Below are positions 27,581 to 35,475 of a stretch of DNA of 64,000 nt, piece after piece. This stretch comes from a virus. The position numbers and the translations under genes are program-made. Each line of letters starts with the position of its first letter. Position 1 is the stretch's first letter. The notes under the pieces are model-generated. The model worked only from the letters and a program-made list of their open reading frames with translations. It made no database searches and was not told the DNA's origin. The stretch covers positions 32,001 to 96,000 of the IMG/VR virus record IMGVR_UViG_3300044653_000098. The stretch is one strand, 5' to 3'.

Positions 27581-28810
27581 CTAGTCGCGGCCGGCTGTGC
27601 CCGCGGGGAGGTCATCCCACGCGGTGTGCTGAATCCTCCGGCCATCCTCGCTGATCTCATACAGCACGGTGCAGCTCCGGGCCTTGACCTTGTTGCCGAC
27701 CGGAACCATGCTCGCGTAGTCGACCGCACAGGCAAGGAAGCGCACGCCCCGCACATACTCGCGCGTGTCCTCTGCGGTAGCGCAGAAGTGCAGACCGTGT
27801 CCGCAGTGCGGCTCCGGGGTGTAGTCCTCCGCTGTGACCGTGGAGCCAATCTCATACCGGATATCGCCATGGCCGACGGGCGAGCTCAGGTCAGCTAGCA
27901 CAGCCTTGACCAGTGTCACGGTCTTGCCGTCATCGCTGAGCGTCAGGCCACGCTCAGCGAGCCAGCGTGGTCTGGCGTTGCGCGCGTCACGCTTGGCTCT
28001 CCGCTGCGCAGCCTTGAGCCGGCGGACAGCCTCCGCACGCTCGCGCGCTTCGGTCTCCAGCCGTGCTGCCTTCTCTTCTGGGGTCTCGTACAGCCGCTTG
28101 GCGTTCGGATCGATCACCATGCCGGAACTGTCCACGCGGATACCGTCATAGAAGATCGCCGGCCGTTGCTGTGAGCCGTAGTCGGCAACCTTCGAGCCGT
28201 GGCAGTTGTGGCACGTGGCCTGATGCTGGCCGGTCACACCCATGCCGCGGTGCCTGTGCCATTGGCCAACCACGCGTACGGTTTCTGGCTGATCACGGAG
28301 AGGCCAGCCATTGCGCTGTAGTGCGGTTGGCACAGGCTCATTCCAGCGCACTGCAAAGTCATATGACCATTCAGAGCATGGGTAGGTCCGGCCCTCTATT
28401 CCCCGGTAGTGGTTGGTAACCGAGTAGTCGGCCGGGTGGTAGTAGCTGACCGTGCCCCAATCGTTTACGGTGACCAGTCCCGTGCCCTTGCACGTGCGGC
28501 ACTTCTGGAGCTTGGCCGGCATGTGGGGGTCTGAGCTGTGCCACACAGCCCAGACGCCACGGTGTGAGTACACCCGCGCGGGCCCGTAGCCATTGATCCT
28601 GTCTTTGGTGGTGACGGTCTCCCACCCGCCAGTGTTCAGGGTGTACGTGCCGTCTGCATGGATGGCCACCACGTCTGTGTTGTGGAGCCGGACAGCGTAG
28701 TTGCTACCTCTCTCCACTAGATAAGTGTTGTTCTGCAGCTTGCGCCGTGGTCCGTATCCGCGGTCCTGAGCACGCGCCATCATGGTCTGTGCGTCTTGGT
28801 AGCTGAGCAT
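27581..28810 (-). CDS. Multidomain hypothetical protein with split CxxCxG Zn finger
   Basis: 409 aa; RKLQNNTYL...TGGWETVTTKDRIN; CRTCKGTG...CHNCHG; YEIGSTV...CGHGLHFC; leader at 28818-28834. Confidence 0.7.
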   Translation of the reverse strand: MLSYQDAQTMMARAQDRGYGPRRKLQNNTYLVERGSNYAVRLHNTDVVAIHADGTYTLNTGGWETVTTKDRINGYGPARVYSHRGVWAVWHSSDPHMPAKLQKCRTCKGTGLVTVNDWGTVSYYHPADYSVTNHYRGIEGRTYPCSEWSYDFAVRWNEPVPTALQRNGWPLRDQPETVRVVGQWHRHRGMGVTGQHQATCHNCHGSKVADYGSQQRPAIFYDGIRVDSSGMVIDPNAKRLYETPEEKAARLETEARERAEAVRRLKAAQRRAKRDARNARPRWLAERGLTLSDDGKTVTLVKAVLADLSSPVGHGDIRYEIGSTVTAEDYTPEPHCGHGLHFCATAEDTREYVRGVRFLACAVDYASMVPVGNKVKARSCTVLYEISEDGRRIQHTAWDDLPAGTAGRD

Positions 28811-28863
28811 TGGTGCCGCCTCCGTTTGTGGGCTTGACCTTGTGACCTCACCTTAGCATGGCT

Positions 28864-28881
28864 GGTAGACACGTGTCAACT
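28864..28881. promoter_or_regulatory. Cassette palindrome copy 10 (TTGACA-N18-TAAGGT on -)
   Basis: GGTAGACACGTGTCAACT. Confidence 0.85.
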
Positions 28882-28882
28882 A

Positions 28883-28920
28883 GAAACCTCCCGTACCCTG
28901 TGGCGGATACGGGAGGTTTC
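28883..28920. terminator. Terminator hairpin abutting the palindrome
   Basis: GAAACCTCCCGTA-loop-TACGGGAGGTTTC, 13-bp stem. Confidence 0.8.
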
Positions 28921-28937
28921 CGGGGGTGAGCTGAGAG

Positions 28938-29474
28938 CTAGTCCGGCTCACCAAGCGGGCCGGTCATGCTCAGTATGTTTGTGGTGATCTCCTGCCGCAC
29001 GCTGGCCGGTATCGCTGCGGCCGACACTAGCGCGCTGACAACCTCGCGCCATTCCGCGCGGGTGAGGTCAGCACCGAGGATGTCATCATCCGCGATTCCG
29101 AACGTGTCAGACTCCCACACGTACAGCCGGCAGTTGTCGGCTACGTAGTACGGGAAGTGTTCCGCAACCAGCCGCTCTATCGTCGCGTCCCACGCTGCAG
29201 CATCGCCGCGGTAGAGCGGCGCACTGGCACGCTTGTTATCGAACGTGGCAGCGAGGTTATACATGGTGTCCGCCTCCGCGCGGATCTTCCATGCGTCCTC
29301 ATACTGGCCGGCGTCCGCGTAGCTGACCGCGGTGTCTCCTGCCTGATCGGCCGACTCGCTCAGCATGCGGCGCACCTCGTCGGCAACGTCGCGCCACGTG
29401 GTGGCCACGCTGAAATTGTCGTCGCTAGCTTCGGGCCCGTATCCGGGCAGTCCGTAGGCAAGGATCATGCGCAT
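28938..29474 (-). CDS. Acidic hypothetical protein
   Basis: 178 aa; GGGAGG SD. Confidence 0.65.
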   Translation of the reverse strand: MRMILAYGLPGYGPEASDDNFSVATTWRDVADEVRRMLSESADQAGDTAVSYADAGQYEDAWKIRAEADTMYNLAATFDNKRASAPLYRGDAAAWDATIERLVAEHFPYYVADNCRLYVWESDTFGIADDDILGADLTRAEWREVVSALVSAAAIPASVRQEITTNILSMTGPLGEPD

Positions 29475-29479
29475 GGCGG

Positions 29480-29662
29480 TTACCTCCCCTGCCTGATCAG
29501 GTATCCGAAGCCGGCCGCGTCGCGCTGGTCAGCGCGGAATGCGGCACGCTGCAGACTGGCACGCCGGCGGGCACGCTGCATGCGGCCGGCCTTGACGGCC
29601 AGGCGTTCAGCCAGCGGCGCACGCGGAGCCGCGTGGCGTGGGGTGGGGTTGGTGTCGTTCAT
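29480..29662 (-). CDS. Small basic hypothetical protein
   Basis: MNDTNPTP... after leader at 29670-29687. Confidence 0.55.
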   Translation of the reverse strand: MNDTNPTPRHAAPRAPLAERLAVKAGRMQRARRRASLQRAAFRADQRDAAGFGYLIRQGR

Positions 29663-29714
29663 TGTTCTAGCCTCCGTTTGGTGGGCTTGCTTACAGGTCA
29701 ATCCTCGCACGGAC

Positions 29715-29732
29715 GGTAGACACGTGTCAACC
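29715..29732. promoter_or_regulatory. Cassette palindrome copy 11, bidirectional
   Basis: TAGACA-N18-TAGTCT on +, TTGACA-N18-GAGGAT on -; mirror-image leaders at 29670-29687 and 29756-29773. Confidence 0.9.
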
Positions 29733-29780
29733 TCTCGTGCTAGTCTGATCTCATCAGCCCACCAAACGGAGGCACCCAAA

Positions 29781-29993
29781 ATGTTCAATCTCTACGTATG
29801 GGAAGGCGTCCTAGCAGGCTGGTCAAGCGGCATGGCTGTGGCGATCGGCCGCACGCAGGATGAGGCCATAGCCACGCTTGACCGCCTCACGCCTAAAGAT
29901 GTGCGTGAGCTGCAGAAGGAAACCCCGGAGGTTATCCCGTTGCGTGCCCGTGGCATGACGCCTAGAGGCTGGTACCTCTACGGGGGAGACTAA
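29781..29993 (+). CDS. Hypothetical protein (70 aa, MFNLYVWEGVL...)
   Basis: Starts after the conserved leader. Confidence 0.65.
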   Translation: MFNLYVWEGVLAGWSSGMAVAIGRTQDEAIATLDRLTPKDVRELQKETPEVIPLRARGMTPRGWYLYGGD

Positions 29994-30024
29994 GGGAACC
30001 CCGTAAGGCCGTTCACACGCGCCG

Positions 30025-30639
30025 ATGTGTGCGAGCGTGCCTGTTGTCGACTCGGCGGATATCTCCGATCTTCCGCCGGCGTTGCGGCCGCGTAAGGCCA
30101 GCGTGCCCGACGCGCTCTCTGATCTGCCCGTCGGGTTCAACGTGCTGCATGAGCCACGGCCGGCCGCTCAGCGCGCGGAGGCTGCACCGCTAGTTGTCCA
30201 GTGCTATCACTGTGCGCGCATCCGCCACAGCAAGTGTGCGCGCATTGCCGGAACGGGCCCGTGCCTGTGCTACCAATGCCACAGATTTAAGATCATTGCC
30301 GACGCTGAGTCAGCGCTCACCTCGCGTGACGCGCGGCGTTTGGCCGAATCGCTGCAGCTAACTCTGATCTTGCTAGCGCAGCGCATAGGCCGTGAGCCTA
30401 AAGACAATCCCGACCCCTATCCTCCTCGCGCTTGCGCGTGCGGCTGTGGCCGGCTCGTCTACAGCTCATCCCGCGGAGGCGCACGGAAGAAATACGCTCG
30501 CAAGTCATGCCTCAAGGCGGCCGACGCGCGACGTTCCCGGGCCCGCAAGCGAGAAGGGAAAACGGGCACGTTCGTGCTTATCTCCGCGTTCGATGCAGAT
30601 GGTTTCCCCCTGCCTGGCATGGTGGCTCCGCCGGCCTAG
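30025..30639 (+). CDS. Cys-rich Zn-binding hypothetical protein
   Basis: CYHC, CLCYQC, CACGCGR...KYARKSC. Confidence 0.5.
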   Translation: MCASVPVVDSADISDLPPALRPRKASVPDALSDLPVGFNVLHEPRPAAQRAEAAPLVVQCYHCARIRHSKCARIAGTGPCLCYQCHRFKIIADAESALTSRDARRLAESLQLTLILLAQRIGREPKDNPDPYPPRACACGCGRLVYSSSRGGARKKYARKSCLKAADARRSRARKREGKTGTFVLISAFDADGFPLPGMVAPPA

Positions 30640-30675
30640 GCGGGCCCTAGGCCCGGACGGTATGCCACGATGCAC

Positions 30676-30984
30676 TTATTTTGTGAGGTGCGCGTAGGGG
30701 TCTTGACCTTCTGGGTAGATCACCCATGGCTCGTCTGGGCCAGCCTCCCCGTAGCACGTGCCTAGCGGGTGGGGGGTCTCGTTATCCGCTATGGCCAGGA
30801 AAGCATCACGGTCGAATCCGGGTAGCAAGTTCTCAAGATCATAAGAGACTTGCTCCATGAAAGCTCCGGCTATCCGCGCGCAATCGTCGGTTGGCTCCAT
30901 GCCCATATCGATCATCTGCCGGTACATTTCGCTCATGCGCCGTGCGAGCGTTCCGGTAAGGCTGTCTGTGCTCATGGTCATCAC
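30676..30984 (-). CDS. Hypothetical protein
   Basis: GAGGAG SD; PGFDRDAFL echoes the F.PDRF motif of 21236..21784. Confidence 0.55.
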   Translation of the reverse strand: MMTMSTDSLTGTLARRMSEMYRQMIDMGMEPTDDCARIAGAFMEQVSYDLENLLPGFDRDAFLAIADNETPHPLGTCYGEAGPDEPWVIYPEGQDPYAHLTK

Positions 30985-31046
30985 TCCTCACCAATCCACG
31001 GCTATCCAGCAGATAGCCTCTCCGGACGGTGTGGGCACGGTGTCAG

Positions 31047-31994
31047 TCATGAGAGCGCGCCAATCTGGTAACCGAGGCGGGCAGTGAATGCGCGCATGCC
31101 GTCAAGATCCCCGGTGCAGCGGGGATCGGCTGTGGCAATCGAGAGCGTGAGCGCTCCCCATACCATCCACAGCTCAGCGAGCGACAGCACCCATGGCTGC
31201 GGGTTGCTGAGCTTGCCGTGGAGCGAGCGGAGCCGCGCGGAGTTAGCTTCCGTCGCGCCGGCGTTCTCAAGCTCGCTCAGCGCGTTCTCTGCGGCATCCT
31301 GAGCCATGGCACGCTCAGCGCTCGTGAGCAGTCCGGCCGGCCGCGGGTAGGTCTCTATCGGCCGTTGCTCTCCGTTGACGAACTGAAAATGATCTCCCGC
31401 GTACTCAGCCGACCACACGCGCTCGCGGTCCGCTTCCCGTGCCCACAGCTCAGACGCCATGAGCGCGGCTGAGTCAAAGTCAATCCCTGCGTACTGCTGC
31501 AGCGCTTGCGCTATCTGACACCAGCACGCGCACGTTCCCGCGTGCACAGGATTACCGCAGCTCTGGCACCAATCCGGAGCGCCGCGCGAGCGGAGCCATG
31601 CATCTACCGCGTCCGTAACCGCATTGGCCATGTCCGTTTCAGCGTCGCTGAACATCACCTCGCTCAGCTCATCCCCGCGCGGCTGGTAGCCGTCTAGCGC
31701 TGTGATCACGTATTCGTTGGCGTCCACATGATCATGCAGCTCAGCAAACGAGCGCGCGGTGTCCGGGATGACGCCGGCCGCTATGTCCTCCGTGATCATG
31801 CGCTGCACCTCTGTGGCGTAGCGCTGAATATCGGCCGGCTGTGGCACTATCGCTAGCGCATCCTTGTGCTCTGCCGACCGTAGGCAGTTCCCGCACGTGA
31901 CGTCAGACCATGCTGCGGTGTAGACGCAACGGTGCGCCGGCATGTGGCACGGTGACCAGGATGCGCCCGGTTGCCTGTAATGGGTCTTGCTCAT
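31047..31994 (-). CDS. Multidomain hypothetical protein
   Basis: MSKTHY after leader 32002-32018; VTCGNC; SFAELHDHVDANEY; CQSC. Confidence 0.7.
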   Translation of the reverse strand: MSKTHYRQPGASWSPCHMPAHRCVYTAAWSDVTCGNCLRSAEHKDALAIVPQPADIQRYATEVQRMITEDIAAGVIPDTARSFAELHDHVDANEYVITALDGYQPRGDELSEVMFSDAETDMANAVTDAVDAWLRSRGAPDWCQSCGNPVHAGTCACWCQIAQALQQYAGIDFDSAALMASELWAREADRERVWSAEYAGDHFQFVNGEQRPIETYPRPAGLLTSAERAMAQDAAENALSELENAGATEANSARLRSLHGKLSNPQPWVLSLAELWMVWGALTLSIATADPRCTGDLDGMRAFTARLGYQIGALS

Positions 31995-32043
31995 CTCGCT
32001 AGCCTCCGTTTGTGGGCTGTGGAGTCTCCACCGTACCATGCAC

Positions 32044-32061
32044 GGTTGACACGTGTCTACT
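32044..32061. promoter_or_regulatory. Cassette palindrome copy 12 (TAGACA-N18-TACGGT on -)
   Basis: GGTTGACACGTGTCTACT; followed by hairpin AGACCCCCGGA-N5-TCCGGGGGTCT (32069-32095). Confidence 0.85.
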
Positions 32062-32114
32062 CAGCACAAGACCCCCGGAGGCTATCCGGGGGTCTGTGTG
32101 GGCTTGGTTGTGGC

Positions 32115-32645
32115 CTAGTGGTTGTTCCCCTCGTCATACAGCCACGTGCCGCACATACGCTCATCACGGCAGATTGCCGACCCGTAGACCTCCGTTTTCC
32201 AGCCGGCCACGAGCTGAGCGAACTCAAGGTCAAGGCTGATCAGCACTATGTCTTGGGCACCATCGGCCGTCCAGTCATACACGGTGTAGGTCACCACGCC
32301 GGCGTCTTGCGCGCGGAGCCATGCGTTGCCGGCCGGAATCGCGGCGAACATCGGCGCGCACTCTGAGAAGTCCTCCGCAAGCTCAGCCTCCGCTGCTTCT
32401 ACGCGAGCACGGTCGGCTGTCGGGTCGTACATTCGGTTCCCAAAGTGTGAGAGCGGTGCATGGATCGGTTCGTCAAGCTCTCCAGCCTCCGCGGCGTCCA
32501 TAGCTGCGCTAATGGCGGCCGAGTTGCGCTGCAGCTCATCCTGCAACTGTGCGGCCGCGCGCTTGGCTACGGCGATCTTCTGTTCCGGGGACAGCTCCCC
32601 AAACCTCTTGCCGGCCGGCCACGCTGTGGGATCGTTCGGGTCCAT
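32115..32645 (-). CDS. Hypothetical protein
   Basis: MDPNDPTAW after leader 32654-32671. Confidence 0.65.
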   Translation of the reverse strand: MDPNDPTAWPAGKRFGELSPEQKIAVAKRAAAQLQDELQRNSAAISAAMDAAEAGELDEPIHAPLSHFGNRMYDPTADRARVEAAEAELAEDFSECAPMFAAIPAGNAWLRAQDAGVVTYTVYDWTADGAQDIVLISLDLEFAQLVAGWKTEVYGSAICRDERMCGTWLYDEGNNH

Positions 32646-32696
32646 TGCTCTGTGCCTCCGTTTGGTGGGCTGTGGAGACTCCATAGTCGCATGCGG

Positions 32697-32714
32697 GGTA
32701 GACACGTGTCAACC
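32697..32714. promoter_or_regulatory. Cassette palindrome copy 13, bidirectional
   Basis: TAGACA-N18-TAGACT on +, TTGACA-N18-GACTAT on -; leaders on both sides. Confidence 0.9.
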
Positions 32715-32771
32715 AGACACGCTAGACTCATCCCACGATGCACAGCCCACCAAACGGAGGCAAAGACTCAG

Positions 32772-33101
32772 ATGGCAAACATCAAATCTCATGACGGCCA
32801 GGCGCACATGAGCGCCACCTACAGCAAGCCGGAAGAGACGGCCAGCCTCACCACAGACGGCAAGACGCACCTGACGCTGACCGTCACCACAGACGGCCGC
32901 TTGCTGCGCAAGACAGCTCACCGTTTCCGCTCATCACAGCGCAAGTGCGGCTACCGGCTCAGCAGCACGGATTACCGCCTCGTGACCAAGGTCAGGGTGC
33001 ATCCTTCCCGCCTCACAGAGGAATACCGGCCGCAGCTCCGCGCTGATCTGGCAGCCATAGCGGCACGGTGGGGGTATGCCCCCGACCACACGGAAGCCTG
33101 A
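32772..33101 (+). CDS. Basic hypothetical protein
   Basis: MANIKSH after leader 32744-32761. Confidence 0.65.
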   Translation: MANIKSHDGQAHMSATYSKPEETASLTTDGKTHLTLTVTTDGRLLRKTAHRFRSSQRKCGYRLSSTDYRLVTKVRVHPSRLTEEYRPQLRADLAAIAARWGYAPDHTEA

Positions 33102-33143
33102 GCACGCCCACAGACGCACGTGCTGTTAGCTCAGCTCCCAAAA

Positions 33144-33183
33144 TACGGGCCGGAGGAAAAGCACAGCTAGCCTCCGGCCCGTA
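33144..33183. terminator. Hairpin after 32772..33101
   Basis: TACGGGCCGGAGG-loop-CCTCCGGCCCGTA. Confidence 0.65.
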
Positions 33184-33240
33184 CTCATGCGCCTAGGTGT
33201 CTCCACAGCAATCCGCGCACAAGAGCTAGCTCAGCTCTCC

Positions 33241-33350
33241 AGCCCCGCACAGCCGCTCGCGTGGCCTCCGTCCCGGGCGTGCCTGTGGGCATGATGTAGA
33301 GCCGTTATGCACCCATAGCCACAGCCCGCTAGTAGCGTCTGCGCGGGGCT
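33241..33350 (+). ncRNA. Candidate structured RNA in a 350-bp intergenic gap
   Basis: Outer 17-nt stem with 2 mismatches, nested stems with G-U pairs. Confidence 0.35.
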
Positions 33351-33455
33351 GAGCTTAACGGAGACAGCCGTACAGCCCTACCCGTATGTAATCGGGTAGG
33401 GCAAACGGCAGAATCGCTCTCAGGGCCGTACAGCTACAAGCGCTGCAGCCATGCG

Positions 33456-34670
33456 TCATCTATCGCGGCGTCCGTCTTGCGGTGCTTGCCTTCCCGCGTG
33501 CCGCGCCTTCATGCCGGCCTCCCACCTGTCCAGAGCGGACAGCACGTCAGCCTGTGCAGTGAGGCTGAGTGTCGCGGTGTAGACGAGTCCGTCAATGACT
33601 ACGAGTGTCAGGCTGACATAGCACTGCGGGCACACGGGCATGTCCCCGCCACACAACTCGCTGTAGGCGGTCAGTGTGCCATCACACGGGGCTGAGCAGT
33701 TCTCACAGCTCACAAGCTCAGCCGGCGCGGTGTAGGGGTGACCCTGCCATGGTGAGTCCGGCCGGTGCGCGTTACGGCCGCACGTGGTGCAGCGCTTGGA
33801 GTTGTGAGCCCCGGACACGTCATCCTTGGCCGGCTGTGCCGTGTCCTCACGCACGGGGCGGAGGTTCGGCCACGTGTAGCCAAGCGCGTAGTGGTCGGCA
33901 CTGTGCCCGTCGGTGAAACTGCAGGTCAGACCCGGCATTCCGGGGTGCATGGACGGGCACGGCTGAGCGTTCGCGCTGGTCCGCTCTTCCGCCGGCTCGT
34001 GCCGTTCCGTGCACGGGATCACCGCTATGGAGTCCCCATCGCTGTAGTGCCGCAGCTCTTCGTGGTAGTGCAGCTCGTGCCGCTCGCTGATCTCGTCTAT
34101 GAGCGCGTTCGTGTCGGCTAGCTCCCGCGCGTCATCGGCCGGCAGCACCTCTAGCGGCTGGTCAGTGTCGTGGGGTCCGTTCATGCCCCGCGCGTCACAC
34201 AGCCACGTGCGCTCGTACTCCACGTACACCAGACGCCACGTGCCTCCGGGGGTCATGCGGAACACTGGCCGGTGACAGTAGCTGCAGGTTCCCTCTTCCG
34301 GCTTCTCAGCTCCCACAACCACAGCAGCCTGAGCGTGCCCGCGTACGCGCGCCTCTTCCGGGCTGGTCACCATGGCTAGCAGCTCATCCGCTACGTGGCC
34401 GGTCTCCGCCATGCGCACGCGCTTGCCTGAGTCCGTCAGCACGTTGCCGTTGTCCTCGTGTCCGGGGCTGAGCGCTTCCGCTGCGGCTGTGGGCACGTAG
34501 AACACCTGCAGCTCAGGGTGAGCCGTGCCAAAGATTCCAGCAAGCTCATAAGCCTGATCCCACGTGCCCGCGTAGTTCGCCGCGCGCTGGAACCGGTTGG
34601 CTGTGGGCTTGCGGTAGGCGATCGTCCATGTGGCTATGGTGCGACTCTCGTGCGTGTTGGTGCTGGTCAT
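33456..34670 (-). CDS. Multidomain protein with several Cys/His (Zn) modules
   Basis: MTSTNTH after leader 34675-34691; CSYC, CTTC, CENC, CPQC. Confidence 0.7.
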   Translation of the reverse strand: MTSTNTHESRTIATWTIAYRKPTANRFQRAANYAGTWDQAYELAGIFGTAHPELQVFYVPTAAAEALSPGHEDNGNVLTDSGKRVRMAETGHVADELLAMVTSPEEARVRGHAQAAVVVGAEKPEEGTCSYCHRPVFRMTPGGTWRLVYVEYERTWLCDARGMNGPHDTDQPLEVLPADDARELADTNALIDEISERHELHYHEELRHYSDGDSIAVIPCTERHEPAEERTSANAQPCPSMHPGMPGLTCSFTDGHSADHYALGYTWPNLRPVREDTAQPAKDDVSGAHNSKRCTTCGRNAHRPDSPWQGHPYTAPAELVSCENCSAPCDGTLTAYSELCGGDMPVCPQCYVSLTLVVIDGLVYTATLSLTAQADVLSALDRWEAGMKARHAGRQAPQDGRRDR

Positions 34671-34724
34671 CTGTGCCTCCGTTTGCTGGGCAGTTGGGTC
34701 AACCATGCTCAGGCTTTCAATGGA

Positions 34725-34740
34725 GTAGACCTGTGTCTAC
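34725..34740. promoter_or_regulatory. Variant cassette palindrome
   Basis: GTAGACCTGTGTCTAC upstream of the last cassette. Confidence 0.55.
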
Positions 34741-35253
34741 CCGTTCAGCTCCCATTGTTATCAACCTGTAACCTACCCAAACGATCAGCCTCCGTTTATC
34801 GCCAGGCGCGCTACCAGCCATGACTTACCATCCGCCGGCTAGCCCAGTACCCAAATAGATGGGTACAGCCTCCGTTTAGCTCAGCCGTTCCCATACCTCG
34901 ATAGTCCCACCCAATGGGACACCCCCCGCGCCAACCGCTGCAGCTCCCCTGTGCCCGTGCCGCACAGCTCCCCGTGCGCAGCTCTCAGCGCCACGCACAG
35001 CCGCTCACAGCCCCTGCCCTGTGTCAGCACATGGCCAGCACCGCAGCGTGCCTCTCAGCCCCGCGGGCACACAGCTCAGCTCGGCCGGTCAGCTCAGCTC
35101 CCCGCGGCCGTCCGTTCGGCTGCCCCCGTTGCCGGCTAGGCCCCCGCCCCCGCCGTGCCCGCCCCCCGTCGTGCGGGGCGATGAGGGTTAGGAGTCCCGT
35201 TCCTCCGCCCCCGCACTGACCGGCGCCTTCCATTAACAGATGCACCCGCACAC

Positions 35254-35475
35254 GTCACAGCACATCACCCGTCCCTGCGGAGCCCAGGGTTTGATGGCCT
35301 GGGGAAGTGATTGTGATGTGTGATGGGGCCCCCTGACCTGTGATAACTCCAGGAAAGGTGGTCACAGTGATGTACCGCATCACTCATGTGCCCGGATGAT
35401 GTCACATGCCGCTGACCTGGGCGCATCACTATCTTGTGATGGAGGACATCACAGCTGCCGCCAAGTGGTGTGATC
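35254..35475. repeat. GTGAT/ATCAC repeat cluster
   Basis: 11 copies in both orientations within about 215 bp of non-coding DNA, plus two CTGACCTG. Confidence 0.75.

Noticed and set aside
14793-32714. Palindromic repeats as a CRISPR array
   Set aside because: Spacing is 0.5-3.8 kb, irregular and filled with genes; no cas genes.
14793-32714. Repeats as classical integron attC sites
   Set aside because: Only 18 bp, no GTTRRRY/RYYYAAC long hairpin, located 5' of genes as promoters, and no tyrosine recombinase in the window.
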